In this document: positions 9,755 to 19,722 of the stretch, in pieces
Numbering within the stretch: position 1 is the first letter of the stretch
Layout of the letters: the number at the start of each line of letters is the position of its first letter
NCBI GenBank assembly: GCA_016182385.1
Contig: JACPGV010000002.1
Location: 125,190 to 189,189, forward strand
DNA length: 64,000 nucleotides
Source: Candidatus Moraniibacteriota bacterium
Lineage (GTDB): Bacteria > Patescibacteriota > Minisyncoccia > Moranbacterales > UBA1568
Direction of reading: 5' to 3'
Position numbers and translations under genes: made by a program
Notes under the pieces: model-generated
The model's input: only the letters and a program-made list of their open reading frames with translations
The model's database searches: none
What the model was told of the DNA's origin: nothing

Positions 9755-12700
9755 ATGCTTGAAAGATTCTTTAGGGGAAATGTTCGTAAAGATGCGACTG
9801 ACGATTCTCCCGGTGGCAGTGGGTCTCCGGAAAAAGAGGGCGCGATCGTTTTGTTGTCCCAGCAACCAGCTTCTTCTCAAGAGTGGCAGAATCAAAAAAA
9901 GAATTTTATTGTTCGCATTAGAGAAGTCGGCAAGAATGGTTTTCGTGTGGTTATTCATGATCGACGTCGAGGCGAAGACACGAGAGAAACGAAAGAAATG
10001 TCTCTTGATGCACTCAAAGCTCTTTTGTTGAGTGAGGGCTGTGCGCTTGTTGAGGCGCCTGTTGTGGCAAAGGTATCTCCGATAGCGCCTTTACCAACAC
10101 AAAAGGAAACCGTTGAGGAATCGCCCAAAAAAGAAAATGGAGAGAAAAACGTTTTGTTTGATCGGTTTTGTGCCATTGATGAAGAAATAAGGAAAAAAAC
10201 GGAAGAGGTAAGCGCTCTGATATCCGCGTTTCAGGGAAAAACCCTCCCGGAAAACGTAACAAACACTTATGAAAAGATATACGCGCGATACAGTGCTTTG
10301 GTTGACGAAAGCGACGCCTTCACGGAAGCAATAAACGCTCAGGATTCTCATACCGTCGATAAAGAAGCAGTAAAGCAACAAGAGAAATATTTACAAGGGT
10401 TTTCTCAGTGTGTGAATGATTTTTCTTCGTTGCGAGAGCAATTGAGCACTCAAGAGGTGCCATCAAGCGTTCCTTTGCCAAAAAAAACAACGGAGGGTGA
10501 TGACAAGATAAAAAGAGAGAAAAAAGAAGAACGTGTCTTGCGGGACTTTGAACAAAAAGTGATGTCTTTGCAAGAAGATTTTCGTCGCTCGATAGAAGAG
10601 GTCTCGGATATGGAAGGCCTTGTGGCGATTGGCACAAAAGAGTCACGGAGACGTATTTTTTTGGATAAGAAAGATCCGCAATGGAACGATGTTGCCAAAA
10701 AACTTTCACGCCCAGGAGCGGTTCAGGCAATGGCATTTCTTGAAGGAGTGAACAAGGAACTTCTTGATAGGTGGAAGAGAAAAAAAGAAGAATTGAAACA
10801 GCAATCGACACCTGTCAAAGAAACAAAAAAAAGAGGGAACCAGGAAGAGCCGGTAGTATCCGTGGTACCACAAGGAAAGGATGTTGTAAGGACAGCGAGC
10901 GTTCCTAAAAGATCAATGAGACGAAGAGGAGGAAAAGGAGGACAGGTGCCATTGGAGGACGCATCACAAGAACAAAATCCGGGAGAAAAGCAAAATGGAG
11001 CGGGAAAGAAGAAAGAGGGAGAAATCAACAAGGAATCAGCTAATGAAGAAGAAAAGACCCTGGCAGAGCTTACGAAGGCAAGGATTCTTTCTAACGAGGA
11101 TTTCATTCGTGGAGGTGCTCAGTATGTAAAAGATGATTCGGCAATCGATGGATTTCGATTGGATGTTACAGAAGAGCAAAAAAAAGCCGCGCAGGCGGAA
11201 ATGGAAAAAGAGCTTGCTGAAAAAGAGAAGCGCACAAAAGAACAAGAAGAACAGATGATGGGAAGTCGAGAGCTTTTTAAAGAGGAGCTTGTAAAAGGTG
11301 GCGCGGGTGTTTTTTATGATGAGAATGGTCAGGCGTTTATTGATCCGACAGCCGAACAAAGAGAAGCCTTGCAAAAAGAAGGCTCTCATCATCCTAGCAA
11401 GGTGGTAAAAAAAGAAGAAGAATTACTAGAGAAAAAGAATGGCGAAGGAGGTGGAGGTGATTTGTCGCCAGAAGAAAGAGAAAAAGGGGGAGAGGAGACA
11501 TTGTATGAGAAAATAGCGCGTCTTACCGAGGAGGTTGATACATTGAGAGAGAAATATATTAAAGAAGATTTTGAGCAAACGACGACGATGAAAAAACTAA
11601 AAAGTTTTTTTCGTTTGTCGGAAAATACGGCGGCACCGGAGCTTTCTTGGAGAAAATTGTATCAAGAAAAAATAAGGGAACTTCAGCGGGCAGAACTGCA
11701 AACGGTAGAAAGTGATACGGAGGATATTCATCGTTCCAAAGAAGATATTCAGGAAGGAAAGGGCCGATTGCTTGAGTATTATAGATTACAGGAGGCGATC
11801 AACGTTATTGACGCGCGTACAAAGTATCGCGCCGAATCAGAAACCTTTTTGGGAAAAGGTAAAGATGTTTTGATGGCGTTGGGAAGAAAATATAATGCTC
11901 TTTCTTTCAAGAAGAAGATGCTTCTTACCGGCGCGTTGACAGTGGGAGCGCTTGCTTCAGGCGGTATCGCTTCCGGTGCTTTGGCCGGAATGTTTATTGG
12001 AGTAAAAAGGGTATTGTCTGGCGCGGCGACAGCCGCCGGAACAGAAGCGTCTTGGGAAAAAATTTCTGAGAAGCGGAAGGCGTCGCAAGCGGAAAAGATA
12101 AAAAGGGAAATAGAAGAAAGGGTAGCGGGCGGAATGAACATGGAAGATTTGCAAAAAACTTTAGCGGAAGATGTTGGGACGGTTGATACAAAATTGCAAA
12201 AAGAGAAACGCGCGAAATCCTTTCGAAGAAGTGCTTCTCTTTTGGCTGGAGTGACGGTTGGTGGCGGAGGACTTTTGGCTGATGCTTTGATGACCGATCA
12301 TGTTTCGGAAGGGGTATCATCAAAGGAAATACTGCCGAAAGAGATGTCGCAAAACGTGATAGAAAAACCCGTTACCTCCTCCACGCCCTCTTTTTCTCTC
12401 GAACAAACGCTTGATGCGCGTGATAAGATGATAGGAGAAACAAGACGAGAGATTATTGACGAATTGGAGAGAGGAAACCAGGGTGTCGCTCAAGAAGCAC
12501 CTTCTTCGTCCTCATCAGTTTCTTCTCTTGAGCCCCTCATACGAGCTCATGAGGAGGTGACTCGTTCAGGAATGATACGGGGAGAGGAGACTCTTTTGGA
12601 AGAAAAACGAAACATCTTGCCGCAAACATCTGATGTGGCGGTAGAAACGAAAACATCTTTTGTAGAACAGACGCCTCGATTGCAAGCGCGCGCCGACAAT

Positions 12701-13036
12701 TGGTTCCAGCAGATTTTTCAGAGCGAGTACGTTTCTCCCGGGCAAGATGCTTTTTTTGATCGGCAAAAAATCGGCGGGACGAAACTTCTGGATATGATGC
12801 GTGATGCAAGATTGTACCGAGAAGGGTCTTTTTCTGGATATACCACAGGACTCAATGCTGAACAGATCAAAAGTTTCGCGGAGTTTTCCAAGAATACGGA
12901 AACGATAATTGGTCATCCTGCGATGAAAGAACTGTTACGCGCTCATCCCAATGCGACTATTGATGACTTTTTGAGGTCGGTGGCGCCACTTGTTCCTCGT
13001 GGGAAGCGGTTGGGACTTTTTACGACGGCAGTGTAA
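9755..13036 (+). CDS. Large Glu/Lys-rich hypothetical protein with internal repeat and Gly/Ala-rich hydrophobic segments
   Basis: 1093-aa ORF; coiled-coil-like composition; hydrophobic LLTGALTVGALASGGIASGALAGMFIGV and LLAGVTVGGGGLLA segments. Confidence 0.8.
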   Translation: MLERFFRGNVRKDATDDSPGGSGSPEKEGAIVLLSQQPASSQEWQNQKKNFIVRIREVGKNGFRVVIHDRRRGEDTRETKEMSLDALKALLLSEGCALVEAPVVAKVSPIAPLPTQKETVEESPKKENGEKNVLFDRFCAIDEEIRKKTEEVSALISAFQGKTLPENVTNTYEKIYARYSALVDESDAFTEAINAQDSHTVDKEAVKQQEKYLQGFSQCVNDFSSLREQLSTQEVPSSVPLPKKTTEGDDKIKREKKEERVLRDFEQKVMSLQEDFRRSIEEVSDMEGLVAIGTKESRRRIFLDKKDPQWNDVAKKLSRPGAVQAMAFLEGVNKELLDRWKRKKEELKQQSTPVKETKKRGNQEEPVVSVVPQGKDVVRTASVPKRSMRRRGGKGGQVPLEDASQEQNPGEKQNGAGKKKEGEINKESANEEEKTLAELTKARILSNEDFIRGGAQYVKDDSAIDGFRLDVTEEQKKAAQAEMEKELAEKEKRTKEQEEQMMGSRELFKEELVKGGAGVFYDENGQAFIDPTAEQREALQKEGSHHPSKVVKKEEELLEKKNGEGGGGDLSPEEREKGGEETLYEKIARLTEEVDTLREKYIKEDFEQTTTMKKLKSFFRLSENTAAPELSWRKLYQEKIRELQRAELQTVESDTEDIHRSKEDIQEGKGRLLEYYRLQEAINVIDARTKYRAESETFLGKGKDVLMALGRKYNALSFKKKMLLTGALTVGALASGGIASGALAGMFIGVKRVLSGAATAAGTEASWEKISEKRKASQAEKIKREIEERVAGGMNMEDLQKTLAEDVGTVDTKLQKEKRAKSFRRSASLLAGVTVGGGGLLADALMTDHVSEGVSSKEILPKEMSQNVIEKPVTSSTPSFSLEQTLDARDKMIGETRREIIDELERGNQGVAQEAPSSSSSVSSLEPLIRAHEEVTRSGMIRGEETLLEEKRNILPQTSDVAVETKTSFVEQTPRLQARADNWFQQIFQSEYVSPGQDAFFDRQKIGGTKLLDMMRDARLYREGSFSGYTTGLNAEQIKSFAEFSKNTETIIGHPAMKELLRAHPNATIDDFLRSVAPLVPRGKRLGLFTTAV

Positions 13037-13054
13037 TCTTTAACGTCTCTCTTT

Positions 13055-13363
13055 ATGGCACTTAATGAAAAAACATTGGAAAAAGATTTGATTGCAACAT
13101 TTCATCTGGAAGAATTACCCAAGGAAAAACAGCAGGCTCTGCTCGCTCGTATCGGTGAGGCTTTGTTGAGACGCGTTTTTTTGGAAACAATGGAAAAATT
13201 GGATACGGAAGACGTTGTTTTGTATGAGCGTTTGGTGAAAGAAAATGCGTCGCAAGAGCAAATGGAGACGTTTCTCGAGAATAAGATTCCGGGGTATAAT
13301 GTCTTTGTTCGTGGGGTGGTCGCGAAGTTTACCGAGGAAATGAAACGAGCGACGGCTCAGTGA
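13055..13363 (+). CDS. Small helical protein, resembles DUF5663-type CPR proteins
   Basis: LEELPKEKQQALLARIGEALLRRV...FLENKIP pattern recalled from CPR proteins; not searched. Confidence 0.65.
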   Translation: MALNEKTLEKDLIATFHLEELPKEKQQALLARIGEALLRRVFLETMEKLDTEDVVLYERLVKENASQEQMETFLENKIPGYNVFVRGVVAKFTEEMKRATAQ

Positions 13364-13399
13364 GCGGAGAATTATTGATAATGAGTAACATGAGCATTT

Positions 13400-13828
13400 A
13401 TGGTTGAAGAAATTATTGGTGGAGAAAATGAGACGTTTTCGGAGAATCCAGAAAAGAATCCGAGAGAAGATATAATAGGAGGAGAGGTGATGTCGATACC
13501 AGAACAGGAACCTTCTTCTGAGGGCGCAAGTGAACAAGTAGAAACGAAGCTTGATACGCTACTTGCCAAACAATCTTCTTCTAGTGTGTCGGGGAGCACT
13601 CATGATGACGGCGTGGTCGCGATGGATGCCAAAAGTGTCGACGTGATGACCGATGAGGAGAGTAAGATACAGATGCTTTTGGATTTGGCGAGTACGAAGG
13701 GCGTGGTGCATGCCGTGAAGGTGGCGCGTAAGTTGAATGATTATTACGCTTTGGATTGCATGCATGATGAGCTTGTAGATAAGTTCTATGATGGTCTTTT
13801 GGAGCGGGGATTGATAGAAAAAGAATAG
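13400..13828 (+). CDS. Acidic hypothetical protein
   Basis: ORF in operon position; C-terminal KGVVHAVKVARKLNDYYALDCMHDEL looks like a folded domain. Confidence 0.75.
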   Translation: MVEEIIGGENETFSENPEKNPREDIIGGEVMSIPEQEPSSEGASEQVETKLDTLLAKQSSSSVSGSTHDDGVVAMDAKSVDVMTDEESKIQMLLDLASTKGVVHAVKVARKLNDYYALDCMHDELVDKFYDGLLERGLIEKE

Positions 13829-13870
13829 AGGACCACAGGGAGGGGTCATATAAAAACAAAAGAGCGTATT

Positions 13871-16360
13871 ATGGAGGGCTTTGATTTGAATATTTTTTTG
13901 GTGCCATTGACATCGTTACTGGCTTTGATAGCTCTTATAAGCGGTGCATTTTTGGTGGCCCGCAGTTTTTTTCGTTTTCGTTATCAAATCAATCAATCCA
14001 TGAATATGGATCTTGAGGTGATACGAGTAACGCATAAAGAAGTGCCTGAGGGACAGTCCCGCGAACAAAGCGCTGAAGCATGGAAAGAGGAAATTTTTGC
14101 TATGGAACGACTACTTTCTTCTTTGGCCGTACTCAAACCAAAGGGGGGTATGTGGAAAAGTTTGTTTTTTGATACTCCGACTATTATTTTTGAAATAGCC
14201 AATCCTTCTTCGAGCGAAGAAATTTCTTTTTATTTAAGTTTGCCGAAACGTTTTCGAGAAAGCGCGGAAAAACAAATTCATAGTTTTTTTCCGCAAGCCG
14301 TTATTGAAAAGATACCGGACTACACCATTTTTTCTCCGCAGAGCTTCACAGCCTTATCGGTGCTTACGCTCAAGTACAGTCACGCGCTTCCTTTGCGAAC
14401 CTATCGTATGGTTGACGTTGATCCTTTGAATGAGATTTCTAATGCGTTGAGTAAATTGAACACCATTGAGGAGGGTGCCGCCATTCAGTTGGTGTTGACG
14501 CGCGTTGGTTCGGGCTGGCGTAAAAAGGGGAAAGCCATCGCTCAAAAAATGCAGGAGGGAAAACGCTTGAAGGACGCCCAGTCTTCTTCTGTTGCTAAAG
14601 AATTGGCAGCAGAAATGGGTAAAGGGATGGTGGGGGCCTTGGCCGGAAGAAAAAAAGAATCTCTTCCTGAAGAAAAAAAGGTAGTAGCGCTTACACCGGA
14701 GGAACAAGAATTGTTGAAGTCGATTGATGAAAAAACAAACAAAAATGCTTTTCGGGTTAATATTCGTCTCATCGCTTCGGCAACTACGGAAGAACGAGCG
14801 GAGGAGATTCTTTCTCACATGGAAAATGCTTTTGGCCAATTTGAAAATCCAGAAGTAAATATGTTTCGCGTGAAGCATCGTAGTAAAAACAAACGTTCCG
14901 TGTATGATTATATTTTTCGTAATTTTGATGATGATGTTGAGATGACACTTACGGTTGATGAAATCGCCAGTATTTTTCATTTTCCCATTTCTACGACAAA
15001 AACACCGAAAATAAAATGGCTGAAAGCCGGAGCCGCGCCACCGCCGGTCAATATTCCAAATGAAGGAGCGTTGCTTGGTTTTAACGATTATCGTGGAACG
15101 AAAACCGATATCCGTATCACGGATAATGATCGTCGTCGGCATATGTACGTGATCGGACAAACCGGTGTCGGTAAATCGAATTATTTGCAAGAAATGGCGA
15201 AAAAAGATGCCAAATCCGGCAGAGGATTTTGTTTTATCGATCCTCATGGTGATGCCATTGAAGATATTTTGACAGCCATTCCCAAAGAGCGTGCCGAAGA
15301 TGTTATTGTATTTGATCCCGCGGATATTGGTCGCCCGATCGGTATCAATATGCTGGAATATGATCCGGAACATCCCGAGCAAAAAACATTCGTTATCAAT
15401 GAAATGATTGGTATTTTCGATCAATTGTATGATTTGAAAGCGACTGGTGGTCCGATGTTTGAACAATACATGAGAAATGCCATGCTCCTTATTATGGAAG
15501 ATCCGGAAAGTGGTTCGACACTTTTGGAAATATCGAAAGTGCTCGCTGATGAAGATTTTCGTCGTTATAAGCTTGAAAAATGTTCCAATCCTATAGTGCG
15601 CGATTTTTGGATTAAGGAGGCGGAAAAGGCTGGGGGAGAGGCGGCACTTGCCAATATGGTGCCGTACATTACATCCAAGTTAACAGCTTTTATCAGTAAT
15701 GATATGATGCGGCCGATCATTGCCCAACAAAAAAGCACGATTGATTTTCGAGAGATTATGGATGGTGGAAAGATTTTGCTCATCAATCTTTCCAAGGGAA
15801 AAATCGGAGAAATTAATGCCCGATTGCTTGGTATGGTTGTGGTAGGGAAGATTTTAATGGCGGCGCTTTCCCGTGTCAATACACCGGAAAATGAGCGACG
15901 CGATTTTTATCTTTATCTGGACGAGTTCCAAAACGTTACAACCACGTCTATTGCTCAAATTCTTTCAGAAGCCCGCAAATATCGTCTCGTTCTTATTTTG
16001 GCACACCAGTTTATCGGACAATTGAAAGAAGAAATATCAAAAGCGGTTTTTGGCAATGTTGGCTCTCTGGTGTCATTCCGCGTTGGACCGGAAGACGCGG
16101 AGTTTCTTGAAAAACAATTCGCCCCTGTTTTTACCGCGAGCGATATCATGAATGTCGATAATTACAATTGTTTTGTGCGACTTCTTATGAATAATGAGTT
16201 GACCAAGCCATTCAATATGAAGACATATCCGCCAACCCTTGGAAATCAAGAAATAGCGAACGCGCTGAAAGAACTTTCTCGTTTGCGTTATGGTCGTGAT
16301 GCCGCGATTGTAAACCGGGAAATCATGAGTCGTATCAAGTTGACCGAACGATTGCAATGA
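13871..16360 (+). CDS. VirB4/TraD/HerA-like ATPase (type IV secretion coupling-protein family) with N-terminal TM
   Basis: DRRRHMYVIGQTGVGKS Walker A, IDPHGD, LYLDEFQN Walker B, SEARKYRL, AHQ, FGNVGS. Confidence 0.9.
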   Translation: MEGFDLNIFLVPLTSLLALIALISGAFLVARSFFRFRYQINQSMNMDLEVIRVTHKEVPEGQSREQSAEAWKEEIFAMERLLSSLAVLKPKGGMWKSLFFDTPTIIFEIANPSSSEEISFYLSLPKRFRESAEKQIHSFFPQAVIEKIPDYTIFSPQSFTALSVLTLKYSHALPLRTYRMVDVDPLNEISNALSKLNTIEEGAAIQLVLTRVGSGWRKKGKAIAQKMQEGKRLKDAQSSSVAKELAAEMGKGMVGALAGRKKESLPEEKKVVALTPEEQELLKSIDEKTNKNAFRVNIRLIASATTEERAEEILSHMENAFGQFENPEVNMFRVKHRSKNKRSVYDYIFRNFDDDVEMTLTVDEIASIFHFPISTTKTPKIKWLKAGAAPPPVNIPNEGALLGFNDYRGTKTDIRITDNDRRRHMYVIGQTGVGKSNYLQEMAKKDAKSGRGFCFIDPHGDAIEDILTAIPKERAEDVIVFDPADIGRPIGINMLEYDPEHPEQKTFVINEMIGIFDQLYDLKATGGPMFEQYMRNAMLLIMEDPESGSTLLEISKVLADEDFRRYKLEKCSNPIVRDFWIKEAEKAGGEAALANMVPYITSKLTAFISNDMMRPIIAQQKSTIDFREIMDGGKILLINLSKGKIGEINARLLGMVVVGKILMAALSRVNTPENERRDFYLYLDEFQNVTTTSIAQILSEARKYRLVLILAHQFIGQLKEEISKAVFGNVGSLVSFRVGPEDAEFLEKQFAPVFTASDIMNVDNYNCFVRLLMNNELTKPFNMKTYPPTLGNQEIANALKELSRLRYGRDAAIVNREIMSRIKLTERLQ

Positions 16361-16412
16361 GAGGAGCGGAACTGTTTTGGCCGAAGGAGAGACATTGATA
16401 ATTTTTTGTAGC

Positions 16413-16447
16413 AAAAAACACGCTAAGGAGAGAGGCGTGTTTTTTTG
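16413..16447. terminator. Bidirectional intrinsic terminator
   Basis: aaaaaaacacgct...ggcgtgttttttt between convergent genes. Confidence 0.7.
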
Positions 16448-16464
16448 AAATGTAAAGAAGGATT

Positions 16465-18861
16465 TTATTCCTGAATCTCAATTTTAAAGGAGAGAAGGGT
16501 ATGATTGGTCATAATGAAGAGTTCGTTGTTTTTTTCGTTGACGACAAAAGAGAGGGCATCAGGAATTTTTTCTAATGAATACCGACGGAAGAGGGTTCCA
16601 TCTTGGCGGAAAATATAAAACATTTTCTGTGAAGCATCGAGAGCGTAGATATGCGTGAGATCTGGCGCGGTAAAGAGGGTCGTGAGAGTAAAAGGGGTGT
16701 CCGGTAAAGAAAACCGTGTGACGAGACGTCCCCGGAAAAAAGAAGAAAGGGTATTATCGGGACAAGAAAGAAAGAGTGTTTCGTGAATGGCGAATGTCGC
16801 GTTGTCTTCACAGGAAGTCTTTTCTTTGAGCCAAAAAGAGGCAGTGCCGAAACCGCCCGTAGCTCGTGGAAAGCGATAGATCTGATCGTGCGCGCTATCG
16901 AGGGCGTAAAGATACGTGAGGTATGTTCCGATGCTTTGAATATCAGCCCCTTCAGGGATATCCAGGTTGTTTTTGGTAAAGGCGTGAGTGATGGAGCTGA
17001 AAGAATAAAGTTCTTTTTTTGTGGTATAGAGGAAAATGAGACTCAGATCGTCCATAGCTGTCGCGAGACGGATAGTTCCGTTTTCTCTTGGAAAGGAATA
17101 TGTTTTTTGCTCACGGAGACTGAAAACAGTATTTTCGCCGATACCGTAAACTTCGTTATCGAGGAGGACTATTTTAATGAAAGGCGCTTCTTGAGTGGCG
17201 AGAGTGGAACCGTTTTCCAGGGAAGGAAATTTTTTATTATTTAGAGAAGAAAGAGATTCTATAGTTTCTTCATTTTCTAGAATTGTGTTCGGTGTTTCTT
17301 TTGTTGTTGCGGGACGTGTTGTCAGGAAAAAAAGAGTAAGAGAGAGAAGGGAAAGGAAGATCACTACAGAAAAAAATATTTTTTTCTGTAGTGGTGAGAG
17401 GGCGATATAACGAAGAGAAAGCGTTCGAAAGAGAACGCGTAAATGAAAAAGGAGCTTGTTTGAGACGTTTCCCAATTTGCGCCGAGCGATAGCGAGAGAA
17501 AGGAGAAGCTGGTTGGATATGCCGGGAGTTATTTTTTTCTGGTTATTTTTTTGATAGAAGGAGGCTATTTTTTCTTTGAGAAAATCAGGCGTTTCTGGAA
17601 TTGTTGCGGGATCAATCATTGTTACGGAATCAGTCGGAGAGAAAGAAGGTTCTTCGGATATTTTTTCGATTATTGAAGAATCTTTCTTGAGATGACGGAG
17701 AAAAGAGGTTGTTTTGACTTTCTCTTGTGCTACAAGAATGTTTTTTTGCCATTTTTTCTTCAAAAAACGTCCTGTGTTGCGTGAAACGAGAAAGAGTTTT
17801 TCCGTTCCTTGATAAAGAGAGAGTGAACCCTGTTTGCCTACTTTGCGAAAAAATCTTTTTTGTCCGGCAAAAAAATCATTAAACGCGTGAAGAATATTTT
17901 GAAAAAAGAGTGACAACCGCTCGATTGACGGATGTGATGCCGAAGAATCAGGAGTGTTCCCGTGCACATAAATATGTCCGGTTTTTGAATCAATATAATC
18001 CTTTGGTAAGGGGTCTTTTTCTTCTGGAGCGTTTTCCGCTGTTGCGATAGATGTAGGGGATTTTTCAATAAAAGTAGCGTTACTGAAGGCATTCATTACT
18101 GAAGCGTCTTGACGCGTTTCGGAAGAGTGTTTTTTGGGGGATTCTTGAATAATTTTTTCCTCGCAATCGATGATAAAAATACCGCTTCTATCAAGCTCGT
18201 TGGTAATGGCTGTACGTAAAAATTGAGCAAATTGCTCTTTATTCATGCGAGCGACTTGTTTTTCTAGAAGATCGAGAGGAAGTAGGGAGAGGGGTTCGGG
18301 AGAAGTAAAAATAATCTTATCTTCCGGCAAAAGTCTCCCACTCGAAACCTCGACGAAAGTTTTTATGGGGTGTGAAGAGGATTCTTCTGACGCAAGGCCA
18401 ACGCTTATTTCCGAGAGGGTGCCATTACGTGATAATAAAATAGTCCCTTGGCCGGTAACGGAAAAATGAATATTGTTTTTTTCGATTATTCCGAGAGTCC
18501 CGTGAAGTTTTCCAAGCCAAGAAATGTTTCCGTGTTTGACAAGCTCGGCCAGGGCGAGATTTATTTTATGGAGGGCGGCTTCGAAACTTTCGATGGCGCC
18601 GCGACGGGGGTTATTGAAATATTCTTTGCGAGCGACTGAGGAAAGGAAATTGACGATATACGCGGCATCTTCACTTTTTTCGGTTATTTCAAAAATTCCT
18701 ATGAGCGTACCTAAAGACGCGGCGACGACGTTTTCTCCGCTATAATGGAACGTTTTGATAAAAGGTTCATAGGAGCGATTGCCGACGACGAGAATTTCGG
18801 TAATCTCTTTTTCGATCTCTGTGAGAACCTTTGGTTTTTCTTGGCGTTTTTTCTCCGACAT
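16465..18861 (-). CDS. Membrane-anchored protein: PP2C-like N-domain, TM helix, beta-propeller-like C-domain
   Basis: N-domain with IHFSVTGQGTILLSRNG and SGRLLPEDKIIFTS resembles a degenerate PP2C fold; one TM; YLYALD..HDQIYRF-type repeats; start at MSEKK chosen because a TATACT lies inside the longer ORF start. Confidence 0.65.
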   Translation of the reverse strand: MSEKKRQEKPKVLTEIEKEITEILVVGNRSYEPFIKTFHYSGENVVAASLGTLIGIFEITEKSEDAAYIVNFLSSVARKEYFNNPRRGAIESFEAALHKINLALAELVKHGNISWLGKLHGTLGIIEKNNIHFSVTGQGTILLSRNGTLSEISVGLASEESSSHPIKTFVEVSSGRLLPEDKIIFTSPEPLSLLPLDLLEKQVARMNKEQFAQFLRTAITNELDRSGIFIIDCEEKIIQESPKKHSSETRQDASVMNAFSNATFIEKSPTSIATAENAPEEKDPLPKDYIDSKTGHIYVHGNTPDSSASHPSIERLSLFFQNILHAFNDFFAGQKRFFRKVGKQGSLSLYQGTEKLFLVSRNTGRFLKKKWQKNILVAQEKVKTTSFLRHLKKDSSIIEKISEEPSFSPTDSVTMIDPATIPETPDFLKEKIASFYQKNNQKKITPGISNQLLLSLAIARRKLGNVSNKLLFHLRVLFRTLSLRYIALSPLQKKIFFSVVIFLSLLSLTLFFLTTRPATTKETPNTILENEETIESLSSLNNKKFPSLENGSTLATQEAPFIKIVLLDNEVYGIGENTVFSLREQKTYSFPRENGTIRLATAMDDLSLIFLYTTKKELYSFSSITHAFTKNNLDIPEGADIQSIGTYLTYLYALDSAHDQIYRFPRATGGFGTASFWLKEKTSCEDNATFAIHETLFLSCPDNTLSSFFRGRLVTRFSLPDTPFTLTTLFTAPDLTHIYALDASQKMFYIFRQDGTLFRRYSLEKIPDALSFVVNEKNNELFIMTNHTLLSFKIEIQE

Positions 18862-19082
18862 AACACGGGCAAAACAAGTCAAAACAATAGAAAGAGATTT
18901 TTCTTCAAACCTCTCACAGTATACCATAAAAAAGCTCTTTGCAGAGAGCTTTTATGTCAAAAGGAGCGATTGTTTCGTAAGAGGGAGAAAAAGGCGTTTT
19001 TTTGACTTCTCGTGCCCTTTTTTTTATACTGTCAGAGAGGCTTATTTTTTTATTTCTTATTTCCCTAACGAAAGAAAACCCT

Positions 19083-19688
19083 ATGTCGCTTGTTTTGTTC
19101 GATGCTCTGTTTGGCTCCAAGGCTCGTTCTCGTCTTATTCGATTTTTTCTTTTGAACCCCGGCACAGAGTTTTTTGCGGCCGATATTTCCGAAAAAACGT
19201 TGGTATCAAGACATGAGGTAGCGCGAGAACTTTTGCGTTTGGCAAAAATCAAACTTATCATCGCTCGTTCTCGAAAAGGAAAGAAGGGTTTTATTGTTAA
19301 CGAAGAATTTCCATTTTATACGGAACTCAAAAGCCTTGTGTCCAAGCTCAACGTGCACGCACAATCACAAGTGTTTCGCAAATTAAAAATAGTTGGTGAA
19401 GTAAAACTCATTCTTATTAGTGGATTGTTTTTGAATTATCCCAAAAGTAAGGTGGATATGATTTTGGTTGTGAATAACGTCAATCGGGCGAAGTTGCGTC
19501 AAGCGATAACACATCTGGAAGCGGAAGTAGGCAAGGAAATCCGGTTTGTTCTTATGAGCAGTGAAGAGCTGCATTATCGTCTCAATATGTTGGATCGTTT
19601 TTTTATAGAATTTTTGGAGGGACCGTATGAAGAAGTGGTCAATCGTATACCGGAGTTGAAACGTTTTATTGCCGGATTGAAGAAATAG
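19083..19688 (+). CDS. Winged-HTH plus degenerate nucleotidyltransferase-fold protein
   Basis: LFGSKARSRLIRFFLLNP...VARELLRL wHTH; SGLF...VDMILV MNT-like motif. Confidence 0.7.
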   Translation: MSLVLFDALFGSKARSRLIRFFLLNPGTEFFAADISEKTLVSRHEVARELLRLAKIKLIIARSRKGKKGFIVNEEFPFYTELKSLVSKLNVHAQSQVFRKLKIVGEVKLILISGLFLNYPKSKVDMILVVNNVNRAKLRQAITHLEAEVGKEIRFVLMSSEELHYRLNMLDRFFIEFLEGPYEEVVNRIPELKRFIAGLKK

Positions 19689-19722
19689 TTTTGAGTCTTT
19701 CAATTTAAAGACGTGGCGAAAT

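Noticed and set aside
14354-15466. 370-aa minus-strand ORF
   Set aside because: Fully antisense to the conserved ATPase gene with no recognisable motifs; the same applies to long shadow ORFs over valS and vanW.
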